From the sequence record MK234886: 64,000 nt of DNA. One strand, written 5' to 3'. Origin of the DNA: Escherichia phage AnYang. Within the stretch, counting starts at the first letter, position 1, and each line of letters begins with the position of its first letter. The notes under the pieces were generated by a model. The model was not told where the DNA came from and did no database searches. It saw only the letters and a list, made by a program, of their open reading frames with translations. Shown here piece after piece: positions 35,853 to 45,033 of this stretch. The translations under genes were made by a program, and so were the position numbers.

Positions 35853-36251
35853 TTATTTCATTTTTGCGAGGCAAATTTCATTGGCTTCCCATTGAGCTTG
35901 CTTAATAATAGCTTTGGATACAGGAACCCTTTGGCCATAAGTTTTTGACGTTGAGAGAACAATATGTTTGTTTGCTTCATTATGCCAGCCCCATGATTTT
36001 TCGCCATGAGTACCTTTAACTACAGCTGACACCTCAACAGAGCAACCACCATCAGAAATCTTGGTTTCGACAATCCATTCATTTCTTTCGACGGCTTCAA
36101 GTTCTAATCTAGTTTTTTCTTCATACATAGCGGCCCAATCAGTTTTTGCCAAGTTGAAAGTAAGAGCTTTCTCCAATTCTTTGGCAGCTTTTTGTTGTTC
36201 AGGCGTTAATGAATTATACAACTCTTGCATTTCTTTATCTTCGATATTCAT
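35853..36251 (-). CDS. hypothetical protein (132 aa)
   Basis: GAGGAGAA SD. Confidence 0.55.
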   Translation of the reverse strand: MNIEDKEMQELYNSLTPEQQKAAKELEKALTFNLAKTDWAAMYEEKTRLELEAVERNEWIVETKISDGGCSVEVSAVVKGTHGEKSWGWHNEANKHIVLSTSKTYGQRVPVSKAIIKQAQWEANEICLAKMK

Positions 36252-36269
36252 TATGTTCTCCTCAAATTA

Positions 36270-36299
36270 CGGGCTCATAATATCTTAATCATGAGCCCG
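36270..36299 (-). terminator. stem-loop CGGGCTCAT/ATGAGCCCG
   Basis: 9 bp inverted repeat immediately downstream of 36309-36572. Confidence 0.35.
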
Positions 36300-36308
36300 T
36301 GTAAACAA

Positions 36309-36572
36309 TTATTTCATATTATTGAAATAATCTTCCGCATCAAAATCGTTATCATGATAAACTTTGGTAGACAATTTAGCATAACCTTCAGCTGAGAACA
36401 TATTAATCACAACCTTAATTGTATACCATTGTCCATCATCATTACCCATTACTGCGTAAGTTTCAAATATAGGATGGTCATCACCTATAACCTTAATATC
36501 GTTAACAGTAGCACCAAATTCTTCAGGAACGCATTTCATAAAGAAATTAAACAATTCACCATAATTATCCAT
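36309..36572 (-). CDS. hypothetical acidic protein
   Basis: ORF-track start is GTG; ATG at 36572 with AAGGAG SD chosen. Confidence 0.5.
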   Translation of the reverse strand: MDNYGELFNFFMKCVPEEFGATVNDIKVIGDDHPIFETYAVMGNDDGQWYTIKVVINMFSAEGYAKLSTKVYHDNDFDAEDYFNNMK

Positions 36573-36607
36573 TTTACTCTCCTTCACTCTGTTGTTTTGA
36601 TAGGTCT

Positions 36608-36636
36608 ATAGTATCATGTTTAAAGGAGGTGTAAAC
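36608..36636 (-). promoter_or_regulatory. T4-type early promoter
   Basis: GTTTAC -35, TACTAT -10. Confidence 0.5.
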
Positions 36637-36663
36637 AACTTTGTGAAATTATTTTTAGTCTAA

Positions 36664-36690
36664 CCCCCAAAAAGGAGACCGAAGTCTCCT
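36664..36690 (-). terminator. rho-independent terminator (minus strand)
   Basis: AGGAGAC-TTCG-GTCTCCT hairpin followed by TTTTTGGGGG. Confidence 0.6.
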
Positions 36691-36694
36691 TTCA

Positions 36695-37303
36695 TTATTT
36701 ACGAGTCTTTTCGAACTGGGCTGCGTCACCTGCAAGGCGGCCGGCTTGGCGAAGTTTGTTATTGATTTCTTCGCGCATAGGCTGGGTATACTTAAGGCCT
36801 TCAACCGTCAGATAGAGACGATACAGGTCTGGGGTATCCAGGTTGTTAATGTGTTGACCATTACGAAGAGCGTTGAATTCACGAACAAGGTGTTTAGTTT
36901 CAGATTCGATTTCAGAAACTAAAGAAGCCAGTTGGTTATATTTTTTAACTATAGTGCTGGTGTCAAACTTGATTTTAGGTTTAGGAGCTTCTTTTACAGG
37001 TTCTGGTTTAGGCGTCGGTTTCGGTGTTGCAACTTTGGGCTGAGCCGCAGGTTTAGCAACAGGAGCTTTAGTAGGTTTAGTAGCGCCACCAGCTACGATA
37101 TCTTTAAAAGCTTTGGAAGCTTTGTAATATTCTTTCTGGTTACTGGTGTCGAGCCCATACATATCATAGACGTTTTTAAAGAATTCGGTGGTGGTTTTAG
37201 TCCCAGAAATTTTATCATAAGCTGCTTGCCACATATCTTTAGTCATGCGAACGCCGGCTTCACTCAGAATGCTTTCGTTCAAAAATTCATTGTAAGTTTT
37301 CAT
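36695..37303 (-). CDS. internal-protein-like protein with CTS and Pro/Ala/Lys-rich linker
   Basis: 202 aa; N-terminus MKTYNEFLNE; KPTKAPVAKPAAQPKVATPKPTPKPEPVKEAPKPK low-complexity segment. Confidence 0.6.
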   Translation of the reverse strand: MKTYNEFLNESILSEAGVRMTKDMWQAAYDKISGTKTTTEFFKNVYDMYGLDTSNQKEYYKASKAFKDIVAGGATKPTKAPVAKPAAQPKVATPKPTPKPEPVKEAPKPKIKFDTSTIVKKYNQLASLVSEIESETKHLVREFNALRNGQHINNLDTPDLYRLYLTVEGLKYTQPMREEINNKLRQAGRLAGDAAQFEKTRK

Positions 37304-37331
37304 TGGTATTTCCTAAGTTAATTAACTTATC

Positions 37332-37366
37332 TATTTATACAAAAAGCCCAACCTTTCGGAAGGGCT
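37332..37366 (-). promoter_or_regulatory. terminator plus late promoter (TATAAATA) module
   Basis: minus-strand hairpin AGCCC...GGGCT with U-run, then TATAAATA about 28 nt upstream of the CTS gene ATG. Confidence 0.5.
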
Positions 37367-37371
37367 GTAAA

Positions 37372-37926
37372 TCAGTTCTTATAGAATCGGAACGGGTTTA
37401 CGTGGAAGGCTAACATAGCCTTAGGGATTTTACGAGACAAAAGACTCTTAAGTTTCCAACCACAGTACACGCGAAGGTAAAAGGTAATACCTCCAACCTT
37501 AAGATAAGGAACCGAAGCAAAAACTCCCCATGCGTCATCATTCCACATCCATAGCCACCCGTGATGAGCTTTATCAGGGGAACCTGATTCCACATCAGGA
37601 TTACCGCGATAATGGAATTCTGAGCTACAATCACGTCCGAGTTTATGGTAAGCAAAGTTATAAGCTTTATTTCGCCATAGCCAAGCTACTCTCTGGAGAT
37701 AAACGCCAAAAGGTAGTTTTCTGATTTTAGCCCAACGTTTAATGTGACCTTTATCACCGTCAATTGGATTATCGTATGTCATCATCCAATCAAAGCCATA
37801 TGGTAATTTACCGGTCTTTTTATTGTGGAAAGGGACTACAAAAGGTGCAAGGATAACAGCCAGAACCATAGAGATAAAATCTAGAGGGACCAACAGAACC
37901 CAACTCAAATATTTTAAAAGTTTCAT
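37372..37926 (-). CDS. membrane-anchored Trp-rich protein expressed from a late promoter
   Basis: 184 aa, N-terminal TM helix, AGGAAAT SD. Confidence 0.55.
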   Translation of the reverse strand: MKLLKYLSWVLLVPLDFISMVLAVILAPFVVPFHNKKTGKLPYGFDWMMTYDNPIDGDKGHIKRWAKIRKLPFGVYLQRVAWLWRNKAYNFAYHKLGRDCSSEFHYRGNPDVESGSPDKAHHGWLWMWNDDAWGVFASVPYLKVGGITFYLRVYCGWKLKSLLSRKIPKAMLAFHVNPFRFYKN

Positions 37927-37952
37927 ATTATTTCCTAAGTTAGTTTACTACA

Positions 37953-37989
37953 TATTTATACAAAAAAGGCCCGACCTTTCGGAAGGGCC
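37953..37989 (-). promoter_or_regulatory. terminator plus late promoter (TATAAATA) module, second copy
   Basis: GGCCCTTCCGAAAGGTCGGGCC hairpin with U6, then TATAAATA; near-duplicate of the module at 37332-37366. Confidence 0.5.
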
Positions 37990-38225
37990 TTTAACCTAGG
38001 GTAACCTTGTCGGGGTTCCACCTGCTAGGCAAGTGTTCGGTGCGCCGTTTCAGCTGTGATATAAGGGACTTTAAGAGGAACTCATGTACGCCTTAAAGTC
38101 GGGTCTTATTCAGGGAACTTCAGTCCGACGACTTACCGGTAGCGACCCGGTTTCTTGTTTGTTGCGCCGGTGAATGCTGGTAATCAGTCTTCATACGACG
38201 GCTTGACTATATAATAGTCTTCATT
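37990..38225 (-). ncRNA. candidate small stable RNA(s) distal to tRNA-Arg
   Basis: 236 nt non-coding gap between tRNA-Arg and a terminator; internal hairpin GACTTTAAG/CTTAAAGTC; T4 has stable RNA species 1/2 at this position as I recall. Confidence 0.3.
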
Positions 38226-38300
38226 TGGTATCCCGCCCTGGGATCGAACCAGGACCGCAAACTTAGAAGGATCGTATGCTATCCATTACACCAGCGGGAC
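38226..38300 (-). tRNA. tRNA-Arg (anticodon UCU)
   Basis: hand-folded cloverleaf: acceptor GTCCCGC/GCGGGAT, T-arm CCTGG-TTCGATC-CCAGG, anticodon loop CTTCTAA, encoded CCA. Confidence 0.8.
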
Positions 38301-38305
38301 GTAAT

Positions 38306-38971
38306 TCAAAATTTTATTTTACGGCCTTTATTCCAACCTTCAGGAATAATATCCGTTTTGTTAATACGTTTAGAAACTTTTTCTTCTAAAGAATGAATCC
38401 ACATTTTTCCATATCCGGAATTATTTTCACCTTGTTGGTGTTTATTTCTGGCGTGAGATTCTTTCATTTTATTTTTGGTTTCATCTGAATGGGTCTTACC
38501 CAAGAAAGATTTAGTATTTGAAAATTTCTCTCTATACTTAGGATTATCCCAAAGTTGTTTAAACCTTTCTGAACCCATTTTACGATATTTTTCTTTAAGG
38601 TCTGGGTCGTTCTCAAATCTGGTTTTAAAAGCGGCAACTCCTTTTAAGGAAGCTTCTTTCTTTTTATCTAAATATTCTTCAGTGTTTAAATGGTCCCAAC
38701 CACCTTCACCGCCTAATTTCAAATTATAAACATCGGGGCGCTTTAAAAACTCTTCAGTCACAATATTCTTTTCTGACTCAAACATAGAGATTTTATCGTC
38801 AAAGAACTCTAATATTTCTTTAGAGAAATTTTCTATACCGTATTTGGCCTGGGCCCTTTTCAAGAGTTTACCGGAACCAAAATATGCATCATTCAAATTT
38901 TCGGTTGAATGGGCTCCTATATAGATTTTATTATTAATTTTGTTTGTTATTTTATAAGTGTAATGGAACAT
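38306..38971 (-). CDS. segB: GIY-YIG homing endonuclease (SegB-like)
   Basis: 221 aa; N-terminal YKITNKINNKIYIG GIY-YIG motif; sits between the two tRNA genes. Confidence 0.8.
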   Translation of the reverse strand: MFHYTYKITNKINNKIYIGAHSTENLNDAYFGSGKLLKRAQAKYGIENFSKEILEFFDDKISMFESEKNIVTEEFLKRPDVYNLKLGGEGGWDHLNTEEYLDKKKEASLKGVAAFKTRFENDPDLKEKYRKMGSERFKQLWDNPKYREKFSNTKSFLGKTHSDETKNKMKESHARNKHQQGENNSGYGKMWIHSLEEKVSKRINKTDIIPEGWNKGRKIKF

Positions 38972-39012
38972 AAATATCTCCTATTTCTAAGAGTATTTAT
39001 GTTCTCAAAATA

Positions 39013-39083
39013 TGGCCCTGGGTGGAATCGAACCACCATCCAGCGATTATGAGTCGCTCGCTTGACCGTCCAGCTACAGGGCC
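39013..39083 (-). tRNA. tRNA with CAU anticodon (Ile-lysidine type or Met)
   Basis: hand-folded cloverleaf: acceptor GGCCCTG/CAGGGCC, anticodon stem AGCGA/TCGCT, loop CTCATAA, T-arm GGTGG-TTCGATT-CCACC; CCA not encoded. Confidence 0.7.
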
Positions 39084-39088
39084 TTAAT

Positions 39089-39355
39089 TTAAATTACAAA
39101 TCCAGCAGGAGCATTATCATCTTTAGCCATGTGCTGAATTGTATGATAAGTCATTTCTTCAGGAGCAACCAGATAAGCCGCAGCGTTAACTAGTGGAATT
39201 ATTTTTGGTTTAGCGAATGTGCTATCGGCAATTGCCATAAAGGGCTCGCCGTCGGTCTCAACTTCACCAAATTGGCATTCATATGAAATAGAACAACGTT
39301 TGGTAGTTGTTGTCTTGGTTTCCGGGTCATAAAAAGCTAATTTTAATACTAACAT
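39089..39355 (-). CDS. hypothetical protein
   Basis: ORF-track start is GTG; ATG at 39355 with GAGGTG SD chosen. Confidence 0.45.
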   Translation of the reverse strand: MLVLKLAFYDPETKTTTTKRCSISYECQFGEVETDGEPFMAIADSTFAKPKIIPLVNAAAYLVAPEEMTYHTIQHMAKDDNAPAGFVI

Positions 39356-39484
39356 AAACACCTCAAATAAAATTAAGTAAAGTAAGTTTGATTAATAGAC
39401 CTTGTCTATTATGAAAGGTTCTTTGAGGGAAGAACCTTTGGTAATAGAGGGTATTAATGATAGAGTAATAATATCACATAATTC

Positions 39485-39769
39485 TTAAAGCATATTAATG
39501 TAATCAAGTTTAATAGAAGCAATCTTCAAAGGATTTTTAAAGATGTCATATTCGACCAATCCATTTTCAGTTGCGGTATAAAAAGTAAAGTTAACAGAAT
39601 TATAACGATGGCTGTTAACTTTGAGTTTAACATCGCTTGAACTACGGCCAATATTAACCTGTTGAACATCAAGCACAGCATCTTTGCCATAATTGCGAAT
39701 CAACAACTCAGCTGCAACCTGGTCTGAATTATAGCCATTCTCTGGATTAGTAACCTTAACGTATAGCAT
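39485..39769 (-). CDS. hypothetical protein
   Basis: 94 aa ORF. Confidence 0.5.
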   Translation of the reverse strand: MLYVKVTNPENGYNSDQVAAELLIRNYGKDAVLDVQQVNIGRSSSDVKLKVNSHRYNSVNFTFYTATENGLVEYDIFKNPLKIASIKLDYINML

Positions 39770-40171
39770 TTAACCCTCGTCTACAATGGTGTGGGTGTTG
39801 GCATTAACAATTTGCCACCAGTCAAAACGATTAGACCCATAAAGAGGCTTATTCTCGTTTTCTTTAATAATATCACGCAGTTCATCTTCAGAGAATGCTT
39901 TAGCGATTAAATCAGTATATCCACCACGTGGATAATAGTTGTCACCCGCGAACAAAAGGAAATTTACCTTTCCAGAAGGAATATATGCTTCCTTAGGATA
40001 CTTGTTTCCTGCATGGTCTAACACTTCAATATAACGATAAGGGATATCAGTACTTTCAACCCATTGCCAAGCCGCAGCAGGAGAGTCAAAAGCATCTACA
40101 CCTAAACGGTTATCTTCATCTTTAGACGGATTATTTTCATAATCCGCATATACATAATATTCAACGTTCAT
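39770..40171 (-). CDS. hypothetical protein (133 aa)
   Basis: ORF coupled to upstream gene. Confidence 0.5.
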   Translation of the reverse strand: MNVEYYVYADYENNPSKDEDNRLGVDAFDSPAAAWQWVESTDIPYRYIEVLDHAGNKYPKEAYIPSGKVNFLLFAGDNYYPRGGYTDLIAKAFSEDELRDIIKENENKPLYGSNRFDWWQIVNANTHTIVDEG

Positions 40172-40356
40172 TATTCACCTTTAGAGATTTTATCCATAAC
40201 AAAAGAGATTGAACCAATTAAAAATGCCACTACTAAAGAGATTATATTCTCGGAAGTTGAAAGCATATCGAGCATGAATCCTGCAAACATACTAAAGCCA
40301 AAAGCAGTAACGGCGGCCAGTGCAGTAACATTTCTAATTAATTCGCAACGTTTCAT
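40171..40356 (-). CDS. small membrane protein
   Basis: ORF-track start is TTG; ATG at 40356 with GGAGAA SD chosen; two TM helices. Confidence 0.45.
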   Translation of the reverse strand: MKRCELIRNVTALAAVTAFGFSMFAGFMLDMLSTSENIISLVVAFLIGSISFVMDKISKGE

Positions 40357-40392
40357 TTTATTCTCCAATCACTCATTTGTTTTGATAGGGCT

Positions 40393-40422
40393 ATAGTATC
40401 ACCACTAGAGCCCGTTGTAAAC
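40393..40422 (-). promoter_or_regulatory. T4-type early promoter
   Basis: GTTTAC -35, TACTAT -10, GGGCTCTAG/CTATAGCCC imperfect inverted repeat. Confidence 0.5.
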
Positions 40423-40424
40423 AA

Positions 40425-40697
40425 TTATTTTAGATAAATTGCATACTTTTTATAACCAGCCGTTTCGTGACGCAGTCCTTTTTCATTAGCAAAACGTTCA
40501 ATATTGTTAATTTGATTCTGGTCAAGTTCTGAAGTATCAAAAACAAAAAAGTTTCGCTTATTGCCTAAAGTTACATGATTAGTCAAATCAATGTTATAGA
40601 GATGATTTATATTATCAATCATGGTCTTAACAGATTTGTTAATTTTTACTTCTTCATTAAGAACAGATTCAGCGATAAATTCTTGATAAGTTTTCAT
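40425..40697 (-). CDS. internal-protein-like protein with CTS
   Basis: 90 aa; N-terminus MKTYQEFIAE. Confidence 0.65.
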   Translation of the reverse strand: MKTYQEFIAESVLNEEVKINKSVKTMIDNINHLYNIDLTNHVTLGNKRNFFVFDTSELDQNQINNIERFANEKGLRHETAGYKKYAIYLK

Positions 40698-40698
40698 T

Positions 40699-40920
40699 TT
40701 ATTCTACGCCAGCGGCTTTCAAAAGTTTTTTAAGATTGGCGGTGCCTTGAGCAGAAAATGTGACCTTGCCGCCTTTTTCGCTGATGCTCCCAGTCAATTT
40801 AGCAAGTTTATCACTAGAGACTTTTTTAAAATCAGCCAATGTACCGTCAAAGGTTTTTGTAACAACCGGCAGTTGGTCATGTTTTTTAGCTTCTGTAATA
40901 AATTCTTGATAAGCTTTCAT
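40699..40920 (-). CDS. internal-protein-like protein with CTS (ipI position)
   Basis: 73 aa; N-terminus MKAYQEFITE; immediately upstream of 57B as ipI is in T4. Confidence 0.6.
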   Translation of the reverse strand: MKAYQEFITEAKKHDQLPVVTKTFDGTLADFKKVSSDKLAKLTGSISEKGGKVTFSAQGTANLKKLLKAAGVE

Positions 40921-40957
40921 TTTGATTTCCGTTTGGTTAGTTTGTTTTGATAGGTCT

Positions 40958-40986
40958 ATAGTATCACGCCTATAGACCTTGTAAAC
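40958..40986 (-). promoter_or_regulatory. T4-type early promoter with AGGTCTATAG/CTATAGACCT inverted repeat
   Basis: GTTTAC -35, 17 nt spacer, TACTAT -10. Confidence 0.5.
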
Positions 40987-40998
40987 ACCTTTTTTAAA

Positions 40999-41676
<678 letters not shown>

Positions 41677-41684
<8 letters not shown>

Positions 41685-42438
41685 TTTTATTTCCTAATAA
41701 TTTATCAATAGTAGTGTATAGTTCAGAAAGAGTGCCGTTATTTTCAACAACAACGTCACCAGGTAAAATTGGTAGACCCGCTTCAGTGATGTGCGAGTCT
41801 TGTACTTGACCGGTTTCAGAGCGAACTACATGAATAATCGTAGCACCCATCGCTCTGAGCGAATCAATTTCGTGTGTTTGACGAACATCAGGTACGACAT
41901 AGTATTTCGCATCAGAGTATATTTTATCAAAATAGTCTAAAGCGAACAACTTAACCCAATACATCTTATCAAATTGGTTAACAATAATATCAGTCCCAAG
42001 GGTCTGCATGAGACGACGTACTGACCAATTGTTATTTTTATTTATTACTTCAAACAGTTGGTCTTTTGTTTCTTCAGACAGATACTGGACTGGGGTAAGA
42101 CCATAATGATATGCGGTACGAACGTCCATTCCTGGAATAGGAAGGATATTATTCAGTTTGACAATAGCATTTTCAAAGATATCAACCACATCATATGGTT
42201 TTAAAGGAAGGATTTCTTCACGGTCGTAACCGATACCTTCAAAACAGTTGAAATCCAGTTTAGGCATATAACTACGGTCGAATACAGGGTCATCAGAGAT
42301 GTATTCATAGGCTTCAGCCAGATACTTTTTAATAGGACCTGCGAGCTGAAATTTTACCGAATCCATATTTTCGATTACATAGTTAGCAACGGTATCCTTA
42401 CCGCTACGTTTGATTCCTACAATTGATATTAGTTTCAT
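41677..42438 (-). CDS. 1: dNMP kinase gp1
   Basis: 253 aa; P-loop GIKRSGKDT; synteny. Confidence 0.85.
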
Positions 42439-43028
42439 TATTTTCTCATAGATGGATGCATAGACATACGAGCCACACGTTGTTCGGCATACGAATCAAT
42501 TTGTGGACGACCTGTAACTATTGTACCATCTATTTCTACAGCAAACGATTTGAAGTTGAATGTTGCTGTAGCGATTATCGCAGGGTCAGAATCTTCTTTA
42601 TACGAATACTGGATTTCCGAGAGGTCGGATGGCCAACCACCGTAGTAATGAATGCTCATTACTATTTTCTGTTTGTTATTATCAAGGATATGGAGGGTAA
42701 TTGCTTCAGGTAAGCCTTTAGGATGCCAAGCTTCGGATTCGTGGGTTACATAGTTGTTTAATGACAACATCCACTTATAAACGTCAAGCCATGATTTCAA
42801 TTCACGGTCCACAAGAAAGTTCACAATCAATGGGTCGAATTCTACTGTAGAACCTGGCAGCTTAGCACGATGTATGCCCTGGGTCGATCCTGGGACGTCT
42901 GAGATCGGAATATGGATACCAGGTAGTGTTACATCTTGTACGTTCAATTTGAATGACTGTGTCATTCCTGAGTCACTAACCTCTAAGATAAAGTTGGTGG
43001 TGTTAGTTTGGTTAAATAAACCGTTCAT
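42438..43028 (-). CDS. 3: tail completion / sheath stabiliser gp3
   Basis: 196 aa; position between genes 1 and 2. Confidence 0.7.
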   Translation of the reverse strand: MNGLFNQTNTTNFILEVSDSGMTQSFKLNVQDVTLPGIHIPISDVPGSTQGIHRAKLPGSTVEFDPLIVNFLVDRELKSWLDVYKWMLSLNNYVTHESEAWHPKGLPEAITLHILDNNKQKIVMSIHYYGGWPSDLSEIQYSYKEDSDPAIIATATFNFKSFAVEIDGTIVTGRPQIDSYAEQRVARMSMHPSMRK

Positions 43029-43110
43029 AGGATTCCTATATTGCTTAAATCCCGGACAGGGTATAATGGTCCTAGGTCTGTTCCATTCAATAACTGGCCG
43101 GGATAATAGA

Positions 43111-43947
43111 TTATGAATTCTTCCATACTTTCTGAGCTGAGTAACGCTTGCCTTTAGACATGAACTGTTGGAGAGGCATCATGACCACATTAGCCCAATC
43201 AGCAGGTTTTATCTCTACTAAAGGTCCTTTAATATTTCCTGGGATATAGGCCTTAATCATAACGTCTGCGCCAGCGAATCCTTTTACCTTACTCCAATCG
43301 ATTTTTAATTTAGTCGAGTTGGTAATGGTAGGTGTACTCGCGTATTGCTTCAGCAATTCTTCTAGAAATTGTTGGCGTGCTTTAGGCGGGATATAGTGTA
43401 GGTTCAGCCCATACATTAAATTATGCTTACCTAACCCAAGATAAATGATTAAAGGATATTTGTCCCAGTATGGCAGGGTATCCTTGTGTTTAGCGTCATA
43501 GATATAAGCATAAAGCTTACCGGGTTGTGGTTTAGATACCTGGTGTCCACGAATTCCTTTCTTTAATGTTTCTGTAAACCATTTAGCTGATTTATTGTTT
43601 ACAGCAGCGCCTTCGTTAGCAATCTTATCACGAATACTCTTTCTAAAACTATTCACCAAAATTAATTGACGTTCGGCTTTGGTTAATTTATTGCCAGGTT
43701 TCTTCTGAAGTTTTTCAACCTGTACAGCAGTTTTAATTCGACTCGAGTATCGAGACATCGCAGATGTAAAGCTAGAATACTTAATGCCTTTATCTTCAGC
43801 GAATTTCTTAGCCGAGACACCTTTAGCCTTAGCTTTGGCATATTCAACACCTAAAGCTATCCATTGTTGTTCTGAACGGGTAGGCTTAGAACCTTTTGTG
43901 GTTTCAGTAGCCTCATTGATGTAGGAAAATATACTCATCCTTTCCAT
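43111..43947 (-). CDS. 2: DNA end protector gp2
   Basis: 278 aa basic protein; position between genes 3 and 4. Confidence 0.7.
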   Translation of the reverse strand: MERMSIFSYINEATETTKGSKPTRSEQQWIALGVEYAKAKAKGVSAKKFAEDKGIKYSSFTSAMSRYSSRIKTAVQVEKLQKKPGNKLTKAERQLILVNSFRKSIRDKIANEGAAVNNKSAKWFTETLKKGIRGHQVSKPQPGKLYAYIYDAKHKDTLPYWDKYPLIIYLGLGKHNLMYGLNLHYIPPKARQQFLEELLKQYASTPTITNSTKLKIDWSKVKGFAGADVMIKAYIPGNIKGPLVEIKPADWANVVMMPLQQFMSKGKRYSAQKVWKNS

Positions 43948-44384
43948 CCTAATTTTTTCAGTGAATGTTCGGTAATCAATCTAAAGGTGATACCCATTTT
44001 ATCTGCAGTAGCTTTAGCTGCTTTCCACTTATCGGTATTAACAGACCAAGTATAGTGTTCGTTGATATATCTCTTTTTAGCAGCCGTAGTCATTTTAACA
44101 GGCACCGCAGGAGCATGGGTTTCTTTAAAAGGTTTGACTTCAAAAAAGAATTGTTGGCCTGTATCAAATTTAACCCAGAAGTCCATAAAATATCGTCTTT
44201 TCTTTCCTTCGGCATTGCAAAAGTATGGGATAACCACCTCTTCTGAATTCCACTGGACTACATTAGGATGGTTGTCAAGCCAACGCATAAACCATGCTTC
44301 CCAAGAGGAACGATATTGGATTTTCTTCCAGTCACCTTTATATTTTTGTAAGTTTGTAGGTTTAAATTTCCCTGAGTAAGCCAT
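43935..44384 (-). CDS. 4: head completion protein gp4
   Basis: start set to MAYSGKF with AAGGAGG SD (149 aa); minus-strand late promoter upstream. Confidence 0.75.
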   Translation of the reverse strand: MAYSGKFKPTNLQKYKGDWKKIQYRSSWEAWFMRWLDNHPNVVQWNSEEVVIPYFCNAEGKKRRYFMDFWVKFDTGQQFFFEVKPFKETHAPAVPVKMTTAAKKRYINEHYTWSVNTDKWKAAKATADKMGITFRLITEHSLKKLGWKG

Positions 44385-44395
44385 AGTTGCCTCCT

Positions 44396-44418
44396 TATAA
44401 ATATTAATATTATTTATA
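44396..44418. promoter_or_regulatory. divergent late promoters (TATAAATA on each strand)
   Basis: plus-strand TATAAATA at 44396-44403 for gene 53; minus-strand TATAAATA at 44411-44418 for gene 4. Confidence 0.6.
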
Positions 44419-44430
44419 CTCGGAGGCCCT

Positions 44431-45033
44431 ATGCTCTTCTCATTTTTCGATCCCATCGATTACGAATCAAAAACAGTCAAGCCAGATTCGGGCTCATTAA
44501 CAAATGCCGATGTACTGAGCGTGCCGATGACTGATATATTTAGAAATTATAAAGAATATTTTGATAAAGTGGCTAAAAACTATACACTAAAGACTTATTA
44601 TATCAACGGGGCCCCTCGTCCGGAAGAATTGGCCAATCAACTTTATGGTAACGTTCAGTTATACTGGGTTTTATTGATGTGTAACAATATCTATGACCCT
44701 TATTATGGTTGGATTACAGGTCAAGAAGCAGCCTACCAAGCGGCAATCCAAAGATATTCTACTGCAGGCGGTAATCAAGTTCTTTATCACGTTAATGAAA
44801 AGGGTGAGAAATTCTGGAATCTTGTTAATACTCCAGAAAACCCGTATACTTGGTATGATAAAGGCGATACAGAAAAACGTTATCCTCAATATGAGGGCCC
44901 TTTGGCTGCAGTAGATATTTATGAGGATGCTATTCGTAAAAATGAATATAAGCGCGAAATAAAGATTGTAGACCCTAATGATATTGAGTCCTTTATTTCT
45001 GCCCTTATTCGCGAAATGGAGAAAGCCCTCTAA
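44431..45033 (+). CDS. 53: baseplate wedge protein gp53
   Basis: 200 aa; position and size as T4 gp53; late promoter and SD. Confidence 0.8.
   Translation: MLFSFFDPIDYESKTVKPDSGSLTNADVLSVPMTDIFRNYKEYFDKVAKNYTLKTYYINGAPRPEELANQLYGNVQLYWVLLMCNNIYDPYYGWITGQEAAYQAAIQRYSTAGGNQVLYHVNEKGEKFWNLVNTPENPYTWYDKGDTEKRYPQYEGPLAAVDIYEDAIRKNEYKREIKIVDPNDIESFISALIREMEKAL

Noticed and set aside
43029-43110. Plus-strand TATAAT-containing sequence between genes 3 and 2 considered as an antisense promoter or late promoter
   Set aside because: No TATAAATA on the coding (minus) strand, and the plus-strand -35/-10 spacing is poor; it may just be another inverted-repeat cassette.
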